From IMG/VR virus record IMGVR_UViG_3300020056_001798, positions 1-56,640 of that record: 56,640 nucleotides of DNA; one strand, written 5' to 3'. Source of the stretch: a virus. Lineage: Duplodnaviria; Caudoviricetes. Positions 47,865-56,640 of the stretch are shown here, one piece after another; position 1 is the first letter of the stretch; the number at the start of each line of letters is the position of its first letter. Both the position numbers and the translations under genes were made by a program. The notes beneath the pieces are model-generated. The model saw only the letters and a program-made list of their open reading frames with translations. It did no database searches and had not been told where the DNA came from.

Positions 47865-48188
47865 TTGCAAATACTCAAAGATTTTCATTTAAAGAAACTA
47901 AATCAAATTAGATGGTGGGCCTGGGCAGCAACAGTACTGCCTATAGTATCTCTTGCTGGTTTATTTTTTATTAATTATATCGGCACCGAAACTTATTGGG
48001 AAATTGCCCTTACCTGTGGTGCAACAATTATGTTTGCTATCGCAGTCATTTGGTGGTGGTGGGCGATTTATACTATCGCACAGGTCACAAATATTTTAGG
48101 AACTATTGCTGATAAATTTCAGGATGTAGGACAAGAAATTAAATTAATTAAGAAAGATATTTCTCAACCCGATGATCAAGCAGATTAG
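47865..48188 (+). CDS. 2-TM membrane protein
   Basis: Two TMs with Trp clusters and a charged C-terminus. Confidence 0.65.
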   Translation: MQILKDFHLKKLNQIRWWAWAATVLPIVSLAGLFFINYIGTETYWEIALTCGATIMFAIAVIWWWWAIYTIAQVTNILGTIADKFQDVGQEIKLIKKDISQPDDQAD

Positions 48189-49587
48189 GTTTTATATCAA
48201 ATCCTAAAAATAAAAACATATGGCTACTATTGTCAAATATACTATGTCCATCAAATATATTTGACACATTAAATTTCTGTTTTTTAGTAGCATAAGATTT
48301 TAGAATATTTTTTTGCATAGGAGTTAACTCTAAACTAGAAAAATCTCTCCAAAACTGAGTATCACGTCTATTAGAAAATATGTAGTGCATTTCTATATAG
48401 CTTGCAATTGCATCTAAACTTAAATTATTAAGATAATTAAATCGTTGACGTTTCTTATGCATTGGTATATGAGACGAAGTTAACATATCTAAAACAGTGT
48501 CTGCCTGATGTTGCAAATGGGCAATTGCTGTACTTTCGATAGGTTCTAAGAAAAAGCTACTTAATCCTATTGCTACAACATTATTCTTCCAGGTCTCTCT
48601 ACGTAAGCCTACATTGAAAGGCACAGTTCGAAATGTCAAATCTTCTTTTTTGTAACCATAAGTTGAATGCAAATGCTCTTTAAATTCTTCAGTAGCCTGT
48701 TCTACTGTAGTATGTCTAGAACTGAAAACATAGCCTGTACCTATTCTATTTTGAAGAGGCACATTCCAACTCCATCCGTATCCTAGTGCGTGACAGTAAG
48801 TAGTATTGCGCATTTGAATATTTTTGTCAATGTAAGGCAGTTGAACAGCAATTGCAGTATCAACAAAAAGTCTCTGTTTGTAGGAATCGTCCCAATCTGC
48901 TTCTATAGCATTTGCAAGGATTGATCTAAACCCTGTACAATCTATATATAAATCTGCTGTAATTTCTGTATCATTTTTCAAAATTAGCTTTTGTATTTCT
49001 TGATTTACTACTACAATATCTTTGACACTGTTGTCTAAGTAATTACAGTTGCTTCTTTTTAAACTTTCTTCTTTGAGTAAATTTCCATATAAGCCTGCAT
49101 CAATATGATATCCGGCACTTGGTGTAAACTCATAATTGTATTGGTCAGTATAAGGTGTAAACTGTTTTGCACGTAAGTTTGCAAATACATAAGTATCTTC
49201 AACAAAATCAGGCTGATCTTTATAAAAGCCTAAATCTAATGTTCCGTTACAAGTCATTCTTGTTATAAGATCATCAGGTGCAGTTGGACTTGTAAATGGA
49301 TGTATCCATTTATGGCCTTTATCGTGATAATCTGCAAATTCTATACTAAATTTTAATGTACCATTAACTTTTTTAAGCCAATCTGAATTTTCAAATATAG
49401 GGAATTGCATTTTAGAATGGATTACATTCATATAAGGAATAGTGCTTTCGCCTACACCGATTGTAGGAATATCACTAGGTTCTATTACAGTAACATTTAA
49501 ATTTGAATTAGTAGATATTAGTGCAGCAGTACTCCATCCTGCAGTTCCGCCACCTACTATCACTACATCATAGGTTGCCTTCTGCAT
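48148..49587 (-). CDS. flavin-dependent (tryptophan) halogenase family protein
   Basis: GGGTAG, GVGEST, Lys in TLKFSI, IDCTGF, WSWNVP and FLEPIEST. Confidence 0.9.
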   Translation of the reverse strand: MQKATYDVVIVGGGTAGWSTAALISTNSNLNVTVIEPSDIPTIGVGESTIPYMNVIHSKMQFPIFENSDWLKKVNGTLKFSIEFADYHDKGHKWIHPFTSPTAPDDLITRMTCNGTLDLGFYKDQPDFVEDTYVFANLRAKQFTPYTDQYNYEFTPSAGYHIDAGLYGNLLKEESLKRSNCNYLDNSVKDIVVVNQEIQKLILKNDTEITADLYIDCTGFRSILANAIEADWDDSYKQRLFVDTAIAVQLPYIDKNIQMRNTTYCHALGYGWSWNVPLQNRIGTGYVFSSRHTTVEQATEEFKEHLHSTYGYKKEDLTFRTVPFNVGLRRETWKNNVVAIGLSSFFLEPIESTAIAHLQHQADTVLDMLTSSHIPMHKKRQRFNYLNNLSLDAIASYIEMHYIFSNRRDTQFWRDFSSLELTPMQKNILKSYATKKQKFNVSNIFDGHSIFDNSSHMFLFLGFDIKPNLLDHRVEKYLS

Positions 49588-49957
49588 CGTTAATTATACT
49601 TCTAGCAGTTGCTCTCATTTCGGATATATTTGCAGGTATTTCTTTACCTGTTTCTAATTTACGTATCACATACCAATCAGTAGCAGCAAGTATAGATTTG
49701 CTCTGATGTATCTCTGTCATTGATTGCGTTGTAGTAGGATTTTCTTCTATAGTTGATATATAATTTTCAACCTCGACAATTTCTTCTGCACTTAACTCGT
49801 ATCTACTACCTCGCCAAAAACGTGATTTGTCAGATCCTGTATATGTTAAAACTTCGTAATCGAAACTCATAGGAGGTCTTGCGTTTGAACGTAAAACCGA
49901 ACCGTTTTCTTGTTTAAGTATACTTTGAAATTCGTTAACTTGAAATGCTATTGCCAT
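49568..49957 (-). CDS. tail fibre assembly-like protein
   Basis: C-terminal LAATDWYVIR..ETG..IP....R..AR. Confidence 0.65.
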   Translation of the reverse strand: MAIAFQVNEFQSILKQENGSVLRSNARPPMSFDYEVLTYTGSDKSRFWRGSRYELSAEEIVEVENYISTIEENPTTTQSMTEIHQSKSILAATDWYVIRKLETGKEIPANISEMRATARSIINDAEGNL

Positions 49958-49966
49958 AATTCATCC

Positions 49967-50527
49967 TTAAAAATAATCCCATACATCATAGTAATTAGTC
50001 ACAATATCTATTTGTTCAACATAAACTGGCGGCGGATAGTAGGTGTAATAATATCCATTTATACCATAAACATCAAAACTCCAATATGTGCAAGTAGCTG
50101 AGCTTCCAAAAGAAGTCCAATCACGTTGAGTGCCACCTGCATAACCAGCGCCACTGTGGCCGCCCATACTGCCCTGAGGCCACATCACACTTGGACACGC
50201 TGAATATGGATTCCAGGTGTATCCGCCTCCTAAAAAAGTTCTACTTGTTTCTTGGAACGCCTGTTGTGGAGGTTGGCTTTCGTAGTAACTGTTATCAACT
50301 TCTGTAGTGATAGCGTGGTTTTCTACAAATTTTAATCCTGTAGATAGGTGCCATATTCCGCTTGTCTTATCAACATTATCATCAAGATTGTCGGACAGGC
50401 GTTCACCGGCACCTATGTATCCGCCATTATGACGCCCTCGTGGAAGAATTGCTGATTTAATATAGCCTGGTTCGGTTTCTATATTTTGGACCTTATATCC
50501 GAAAATACCACCGTTAAATCTGTACAT
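49967..50527 (-). CDS. Gly/Tyr/Trp-rich virion-associated protein
   Basis: NGGIFG, NGGYIG and SGIW motifs within the tail operon. Confidence 0.6.
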   Translation of the reverse strand: MYRFNGGIFGYKVQNIETEPGYIKSAILPRGRHNGGYIGAGERLSDNLDDNVDKTSGIWHLSTGLKFVENHAITTEVDNSYYESQPPQQAFQETSRTFLGGGYTWNPYSACPSVMWPQGSMGGHSGAGYAGGTQRDWTSFGSSATCTYWSFDVYGINGYYYTYYPPPVYVEQIDIVTNYYDVWDYF

Positions 50528-50889
50528 TACTTAATAATCTCATAACTTACCATTATTTCTAAATTAGCACCGTTTGCCTGCGCTGCTAAAATATCATCTT
50601 CTTCTAGATAAAAAGAAGTATCTTTTGATGTAACAACTAGAGTAGAATTGTTTGGAACAGATACTGAGTTTGCTATTTCGTAATAGTTTGCTAACGAAGT
50701 CCTGTATATAGCTACATCAGCAGCAATTGTGCCGCCTGTACCGTTACTAATAGATATTGTGTTTACTTTTACAACACTATTACTACCTGAAGTGTTTGAT
50801 ATCAGTGTAGCATAAGATCCGTTGCTGATAGTGCCAACAAATGTCTTGCCTCTAATATCTGTTACATTTACTATGTTTGGGTTTGCCAT
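50527..50889 (-). CDS. small virion structural protein
   Basis: MANPNIVNV...FYLEEDD...VSYEII. Confidence 0.7.
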   Translation of the reverse strand: MANPNIVNVTDIRGKTFVGTISNGSYATLISNTSGSNSVVKVNTISISNGTGGTIAADVAIYRTSLANYYEIANSVSVPNNSTLVVTSKDTSFYLEEDDILAAQANGANLEIMVSYEIIK

Positions 50890-50890
50890 T

Positions 50891-53572
50891 TTATCCTCCG
50901 AAAATTAGTGACATTGCTATTGATCTACCAGTGGTTGCACTTTGCGCTCTTGCATCAGTATAATAAAGGTTATTTGCACCTTCATTTAAATCGTCTGTAT
51001 CATTGTTGATAAAGTTTAGAAAACTATTTACTCCATCTACTAATATTGTACTATCATCTCCGACTACTGTGCCTTGCACATCCCCTACAACGTTGCCTGT
51101 TAAGTTGCCACTTAGGCCATTATTAAATGTAGTTGATCCTGAAATAGTGATCGTTGTTGATGTCATTTCTATGCTAGTGTTATCACCGCCAAATAATGGA
51201 CCGTTTATAAGGTTTAGTTCTCCAGACTCGGCGTACTGCCTAATGTCAATTGATCCAGAATCTTGATTGATATTAACAAGATTAATTTCATTACCTTGAA
51301 CACTAAGTCCAGTTACAAGCTTCACACTTGTTCCTGGGTCATCTATGTTACCTAATATAAATGTATCCCCGTGTCCTAGTGCAGGATCACCAACTGAAGC
51401 TCTTAAAGCGTCACTTGCATTTCCTCTCACTAATCGCATTCCTGCTTTGTTGTGTGTATACAAAGTTCCAGTGATAGGTGTCCATTTTGCAGATAAAGAA
51501 TCTGCAGATAAGAACGCCGTTTCAGTCATTTGTGTACCGCTTCCAAACAGCGAGTACTTAGAAGAATCTGAAGCAAATACTGATCCATCTCCTGTTATGT
51601 CAAAATCAACCACAGGTGCAAAACCATTCAATGCTATTGTTTTTTCTTGTAATTGAATTGTACCGCTATCATTTGGTATGGTTACGGTAGCATCTGCTGT
51701 GGGCTCTTCTGCGTTAAGAACTGTTTCGAACTCGTTATATACTGCACCTTCATATATTATTTCATTTAGATGTCTAATTGCTGTATTGTTTAAATAAATG
51801 TCTTTATCAAAATATGCAGGTCCGTCTGTGCTTTGACTAGAAAAACCTGCACCTGCTTGACAAAAATAATATTTTACACCCGAGTCTTCTATATATTCAT
51901 TTATGTATAATGCTGGCTGTGCTTCTATGGCGTCTCCAATAAACCCATAGGTGTTAATAGCAAACGAACCTGGATTAGTTCCTGATTGGTCACCGTTCAC
52001 CCAGGGGATAATCTGTCCTAGCACAGTTTCGTCATTGGCATCAACAGCAGCATCATTATTAAAATCTAAGTATGTAATGAAACTATTATCACTTAGTAAA
52101 TTGAAAAAACTGTTGGCGTTTGGATAACTTGCAATAGTAGTTTGTCCTGCAACAACATTTGCTAAAAATTTTACTAATCCGCTCTTAGCTGGATCTTTTT
52201 CTAGTTTTGGAACACGACCACCGATTGAATTTAAAGATATTGTATTTTCATCTGTCTCGATAATACCGTCTGGCGCCCCTAAAGTATTATAAGTCACTTC
52301 GCCACTAGTCTCATCGTACTTTAAAAAGTATGGACCATCTGTTTGTCTTATTGGTTTAACAACAAAAGAACTTGCTGTGGTATTTTGTAATGCAGACCCA
52401 GTTGCGTTTATGATTATACTGTTTGCTGCTTGGTTTAATGTGCCGGCAAATGCACCAACTGCTATTGCAGACTCTCCCTGAGTGTCTTCTCCTGCATAAT
52501 GGCCTAATGCTACTGCTTTATCACTTTGAGAATTATTTGCTGCATAAGACCCTACTGCTGTTGCGTAGAAGCCTTGGTAAGCATTACCTGTAGCGTTACC
52601 AACAGCAACACTTAAATTCTTTTGATATGCTTGGGCTGCTTGGTATCCAATAGCCACAGCTCCAAGTTGTCCAAGTTGTCCTGAATCCTTACCGATAGCA
52701 ATGCTAAAATTGCCTTGTGTGTTTTCTCCAGCACCGTCTCCTATAGCAATATTATATGTGCCGGGTGTAATAGAGCCCGCAGTATTGCCTAATCGAATTG
52801 CTGTTTCGGTTGTTCTTAATTCTGAAAATGTGCCAGCTGCTGGAGTTGTACCTCCAACTATACCATCAAGATTTCCAGTTACGTCAACTAGTATATTACT
52901 TGTAGGTTGCCAAGTTCCTGCCTGATATGCTAACAAATCATTTGTTTGTATCCCTGTAACGTCTGTGTCTGATAGTGACGCAAGTGTTTTTTGTGTAGAA
53001 TAATCAGCTGTTGCTACACCGCCTGTAGAGTAGGCAGTAAACCCTGTACCATCTACCGGGGTAGTCAATAGATCATCTTCGTAAAGAGCAAAAGTAGTGC
53101 TGGTTAGAATATCCATATAATATTCATTACCATTAAGTTGTGTCATACCTACTACATCGGTAATTGTGACTTCTGTACCTTCTGTAAAGTCGTGTGCGTT
53201 TGTTGTTGTTACAACAACTGGCACAGCTCTAGTTGCATTAGTAATACTTTTACTCGCAGCACCTACTGTAGCAGTAATAATCAATTCACTATCAGAACCA
53301 CGTACAATACTAATGTTAGAACCAGGTGTCAGTGCAACCCCACTAAACGTTGAGTTGACATCTTGTAATCTAATATTTGTTGTTCCTACAGGAACATAAA
53401 GCTGATAGTCAACATCTATGCTAAAACTATCATTTGTAGCGTTAGGATTAAAAGCAACACCAGCACCTCTTGTAATTGTAAGTTCATCTGTAGTGCTATC
53501 TGCTTCTAACGTAATATTGTCAGGTTGTAAGACAACTTTTCTAAAAAAGTCATAAACTGCGACATCAGCCAT
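50891..53572 (-). CDS. long tail fibre protein
   Basis: FCCH-like domain (ITNAT...H....G..VTI..V.GMTQLNG), YadA-head-like AIG/AVG repeats, NLYYTDAR. Confidence 0.8.
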   Translation of the reverse strand: MADVAVYDFFRKVVLQPDNITLEADSTTDELTITRGAGVAFNPNATNDSFSIDVDYQLYVPVGTTNIRLQDVNSTFSGVALTPGSNISIVRGSDSELIITATVGAASKSITNATRAVPVVVTTTNAHDFTEGTEVTITDVVGMTQLNGNEYYMDILTSTTFALYEDDLLTTPVDGTGFTAYSTGGVATADYSTQKTLASLSDTDVTGIQTNDLLAYQAGTWQPTSNILVDVTGNLDGIVGGTTPAAGTFSELRTTETAIRLGNTAGSITPGTYNIAIGDGAGENTQGNFSIAIGKDSGQLGQLGAVAIGYQAAQAYQKNLSVAVGNATGNAYQGFYATAVGSYAANNSQSDKAVALGHYAGEDTQGESAIAVGAFAGTLNQAANSIIINATGSALQNTTASSFVVKPIRQTDGPYFLKYDETSGEVTYNTLGAPDGIIETDENTISLNSIGGRVPKLEKDPAKSGLVKFLANVVAGQTTIASYPNANSFFNLLSDNSFITYLDFNNDAAVDANDETVLGQIIPWVNGDQSGTNPGSFAINTYGFIGDAIEAQPALYINEYIEDSGVKYYFCQAGAGFSSQSTDGPAYFDKDIYLNNTAIRHLNEIIYEGAVYNEFETVLNAEEPTADATVTIPNDSGTIQLQEKTIALNGFAPVVDFDITGDGSVFASDSSKYSLFGSGTQMTETAFLSADSLSAKWTPITGTLYTHNKAGMRLVRGNASDALRASVGDPALGHGDTFILGNIDDPGTSVKLVTGLSVQGNEINLVNINQDSGSIDIRQYAESGELNLINGPLFGGDNTSIEMTSTTITISGSTTFNNGLSGNLTGNVVGDVQGTVVGDDSTILVDGVNSFLNFINNDTDDLNEGANNLYYTDARAQSATTGRSIAMSLIFGG

Positions 53573-53603
53573 TTAAGAGCTCCAAAATTATATTCTTATA
53601 ACG

Positions 53604-53618
53604 TATTTATGTTAAATA
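53604..53618. promoter_or_regulatory. back-to-back late-type TAAATA promoters
   Basis: TATTTA (53604-53609) and TAAATA (53613-53618) between divergent genes. Confidence 0.65.
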
Positions 53619-53625
53619 AGGTACT

Positions 53626-54213
53626 ATGTTAGTTATAGGAAATGGCGAAAGTAGGTTAGGTATAAATCTAGATGAATTTGACGTCCTTAAGATAGGATGT
53701 AATGCTATCTATAGAGATTTTTTTACAGATCATTTAGTTTGTGTAGATAAGCGTATGTGTGATGAGGCATTAAATGCTGAAGTAAATCATAAATCGCTAA
53801 TATATACCCGGCCAGAAAATTATATATCATATACCAAACGGCTTAGAGAGGTTCCGCTTTTGCCTTATGCAGGTATGGAAAGACCAGATCAACCAAAACA
53901 TTGGGGCAGTGGTCCATATGCGCTGCTGATTGCTGCAAAAAAATACAATACCATAAGTATGTTAGGTTTTGATTTATACAGCCAAACTAAAAACGTTAAT
54001 AACATTTATAAAGGCACAAAGAATTATATTGCAGCAGAAAAAAGTGCTGTAGATCCTAGTTATTGGATATACCAGATATCAAAAATATTTGAAAATTTTA
54101 CCACAACAAAATTTATAATATATCAGGTCGAAGGATGGCAAAGACCTAAATCCTGGAAAAAGCCTAATGTAAAGGTTGACAATATAAGTAACATATACTA
54201 TAATATAAACTAG
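53626..54213 (+). CDS. Rossmann-like putative glycosyl/modification transferase
   Basis: VIGNGESR, GCNAIYRD, VD, SGPYAL and LGFD. Confidence 0.6.
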   Translation: MLVIGNGESRLGINLDEFDVLKIGCNAIYRDFFTDHLVCVDKRMCDEALNAEVNHKSLIYTRPENYISYTKRLREVPLLPYAGMERPDQPKHWGSGPYALLIAAKKYNTISMLGFDLYSQTKNVNNIYKGTKNYIAAEKSAVDPSYWIYQISKIFENFTTTKFIIYQVEGWQRPKSWKKPNVKVDNISNIYYNIN

Positions 54214-54218
54214 TAAAC

Positions 54219-54254
54219 AAGGTCTTAGCGTCACCCCTTCTAATTCTGCCGCTA
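54219..54254 (+). promoter_or_regulatory. candidate preQ1-I-like pseudoknot riboswitch
   Basis: AAGG/CCTT stem; loop TAGCG pairs with downstream CGCTA; lies in the queD leader. Confidence 0.5.
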
Positions 54255-54273
54255 TATTATACAGGAGATAATT

Positions 54274-54723
54274 ATGGCAAAGCACTACTCAACAAAACAT
54301 TACGGACACAACATTGGACTATCAGCAGTTTTTAGACAGCCCAATGCAGATCATTCACACTGTCATTTGCTACACGGATATAGTCTAGCATTTACATTCA
54401 CTTTTGGATGTGATCATCTCGATAACAAGAACTGGGCTGTAGACTTTGGCGGCTTAAAGCCCTTAAAGGCTTGGCTAGAAGATTCATTCGATCATAAAAC
54501 TTGTGTGGATATTGCAGATCCTATGAAAGATGAATTGCTACGTTTAGAAACACTAGGACTTGCAGAGATACGTCAGTTTGACGGTGTTGGTGCAGAGAAG
54601 TTTGCAGAACACGCATTTAACTTTGCAGATGCTCTTATCCGTGAGGCAACAGACAACCGTTGTTATTGTGTTAAAGTAGAATGTGCAGAACACGGAGCAA
54701 ACTCAGCTATTTACGAGGCATAG
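54274..54723 (+). CDS. queD: 6-carboxytetrahydropterin synthase (QueD/PTPS family)
   Basis: HCHLLHGY, VDFGGLK, FDH, E..A and E..ANSA.Y. Confidence 0.88.
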   Translation: MAKHYSTKHYGHNIGLSAVFRQPNADHSHCHLLHGYSLAFTFTFGCDHLDNKNWAVDFGGLKPLKAWLEDSFDHKTCVDIADPMKDELLRLETLGLAEIRQFDGVGAEKFAEHAFNFADALIREATDNRCYCVKVECAEHGANSAIYEA

Positions 54724-54724
54724 T

Positions 54725-55546
54725 TTGACAAAAATATACATAGAAGGCGAAACAAAAGAACAGCGTAAAGCTCGTAAATCTATAGAAAAGGCGCAGAAAA
54801 GTGTCGTTTCTCCAGAAATTTTGCCGCAGGAAAATGTAGAAAGATTTGTATGCTGCCTAAAATATGGCAACAAATATTCTGCTGACTATGTAAACAAATT
54901 ATATAATATGGTGCAAAGGCATCTTACTCTTGATCATCAATTTGTATGTTATACAGAAGATCCAAAAGACATTGATCCTAATATTCGAATAGAGCCATTG
55001 GAAACATTACCAGGAATTCAAGGATGGTGGTACAAGCCAATGTTCTTCAATCCAAAAATAGGTATTGACGGTACTTTGTTATTTTTAGATTTAGATATGA
55101 TTATTTTTGATAACATAGATAAACTTTTTACATACAAGCCTGGAGAATTTTGTATAATTCAAGACTTTAATAGATATGTTGTAAAAAATTATAATAAATT
55201 TAATAGTAGTATTTTTAGATTAGATACACATAAGGCAACACATAAAAATGTATACGAGGATTTTATAAAAGATCCTAAAATACCTATTACTAGATACCAC
55301 GGGGATCAAGATTGGATACGCAAGTGTATCCAAAAAGATTATAATTATTGGCCAGAAGATTGGATACAAAGTTACAAATGGGAAATGAGAGGTAAGCCAA
55401 AATTTAATGGTAGGCCAAGAGGTGAAAGAGATTTTTTAGAACAAGCTGAACCCGTAGTAAAAGCAGGAACTGCAATAGCAGTATTCCACGGAGATCCTAA
55501 TCCGCATAACTGTAAAGATCCTTGGGTGTTGGAGCATTGGCAATGA
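54725..55546 (+). CDS. GT-A glycosyltransferase-like protein
   Basis: KYG.KY...YVNKL, WWYK, FLDLD, NSS, GDQD and FHG.PNPH. Confidence 0.8.
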   Translation: MTKIYIEGETKEQRKARKSIEKAQKSVVSPEILPQENVERFVCCLKYGNKYSADYVNKLYNMVQRHLTLDHQFVCYTEDPKDIDPNIRIEPLETLPGIQGWWYKPMFFNPKIGIDGTLLFLDLDMIIFDNIDKLFTYKPGEFCIIQDFNRYVVKNYNKFNSSIFRLDTHKATHKNVYEDFIKDPKIPITRYHGDQDWIRKCIQKDYNYWPEDWIQSYKWEMRGKPKFNGRPRGERDFLEQAEPVVKAGTAIAVFHGDPNPHNCKDPWVLEHWQ

Positions 55547-56118
55547 AACGATTTGTAAATTTATTTCCAACACCTGTTATGCTTGTAGATATGAGTAGTA
55601 TTCAATGTAAATCTAAATTACTTGAAATTATAGATAACACACCTGCTGAACCGCACGATCTTGTTGAAAACGGTAAAAGTAGTTTTACTACAGCACCTAT
55701 ATTGTTTCATCCGCAACTAAAAGAATTAAACGATACAATCCATTTTCATCTTGACGAATATGCAAAACATCTAGGTTTAAGAAAATTGCGTGTTACTAAC
55801 AATTGGTTCAACATTATGGACCAAGGCAGCAAAGTTGTTAGACATAGACACGAAGGCAGTTTAGTAAGCGGAGCATACTATCCACGGGCGCCAGAAGGAA
55901 GTACAAAGTTAAATTTTGTAAATCCTCTTATACCTTTTAGGATGACAGAAATTTACAGTCACGACACGCCTTATTCAGGATTTGGTCAAAATGTTGAATG
56001 TATAGAAGATCTTATGGTATTATTTCCTAGTTGGTTAGAACATTTTACGGAAGAAAACAATACTACTAATCGAACTGTAATAAGTTTTAACACAATGATA
56101 GCAGATGACTCGGTTTAA
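55543..56118 (+). CDS. 2OG-Fe(II) oxygenase
   Basis: LFPTP, HRH..S.VSGAYY, FPSWLEH and RTVISFN. Confidence 0.85.
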   Translation: MKRFVNLFPTPVMLVDMSSIQCKSKLLEIIDNTPAEPHDLVENGKSSFTTAPILFHPQLKELNDTIHFHLDEYAKHLGLRKLRVTNNWFNIMDQGSKVVRHRHEGSLVSGAYYPRAPEGSTKLNFVNPLIPFRMTEIYSHDTPYSGFGQNVECIEDLMVLFPSWLEHFTEENNTTNRTVISFNTMIADDSV

Positions 56119-56232
56119 ACTTTTTATAAAATGGTATAAACTCTTGACTTCTCAAGGTTATGGTAGTATAATTAGTATTAATTATGCAATATATAACAGT
56201 AAATATTACACAATAGATGGCAAATAAAGATA

Positions 56233-56640
56233 ATGGACTTAAAATTTACAACCTGTGGTGACTTTATGAAATCTACACAACAACGCATAGGCTTTGCTTG
56301 CAAGTATATGCACCCAGATCAAACGCAAAAAAAGAAGCTGTTAGAAGAGATACAACGACCGCTAAATACTAGAGCAACAACAGTGCAGTGGCTTAACCGT
56401 CAAACTGTAGATGTTGCTGAAGAACGCTTGTGGGACATTATGGTCCATAACATTGCGTCCTATGGGAGACTTATAGAGTATGTTGGAAATCTTCCCCCTA
56501 GCCTTAGAATGGTCAGACTGGGTAGTGATGTACTTCCTGTTTATACCGAGCCTACTTGGTGTTATTTTTGGCGCCGTCCTGATGTGGTTGCGTACTGTGA
56601 ACAAGAATTCGCAAAAGTTGGAGAACGAGCCAGAGAACTT
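56233..56640 (+). CDS. uvsE: UV-damage endonuclease, runs off the window
   Basis: RIGFACKY...HNI...RMVRLGSDVLP; promoter at 56144; not in the ORF track. Confidence 0.85.
   Translation, partial: MDLKFTTCGDFMKSTQQRIGFACKYMHPDQTQKKKLLEEIQRPLNTRATTVQWLNRQTVDVAEERLWDIMVHNIASYGRLIEYVGNLPPSLRMVRLGSDVLPVYTEPTWCYFWRRPDVVAYCEQEFAKVGERAREL

Noticed and set aside
1-56640. CRISPR array, stop-codon reassignment or selenoproteins
   Set aside because: No spaced direct repeats were seen. Conserved genes are full length in the standard code, end in all three stop codons and have Cys at redox sites.

Overview
The window is a gene-dense, AT-rich segment of a large lytic dsDNA phage (T4-like/jumbo myovirus style). 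It carries nrdA/nrdB/glutaredoxin, an ATP-dependent DNA ligase, a PAAR spike tip and tail-fibre genes, many sigma70-type promoters (TTGAC-17/18 nt-TAnnnT) and T4-late-like TAAATA promoters. A permuted two-piece tmRNA, pseudoazurin, an alphaproteobacterial-type porin, a ROSE-like thermometer and hemO/pcyX point to a marine alphaproteobacterial host (inference). Host-takeover cargo covers translation and proteostasis (tmRNA, three tRNAs, bS21, IF-1, TilS, ClpP, ClpS, Hsp20), Fe-S assembly (NfuA-like, IscU), bilin synthesis, redox, GMP reductase, QueD and UvsE. The most striking feature is not in the ORF track. At 41886-42222 a promoter drives a 20-codon leader peptide with adjacent Cys-Trp codons. 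Mutually exclusive antiterminator/terminator helices follow, and the terminator U-tract directly abuts tRNA-Trp and then tRNA-Cys. This looks like a ribosome-sensed attenuator that switches on phage tRNAs when the matching host tRNAs are depleted. All calls come from manual motif and base-pair reading; no database searches were run.
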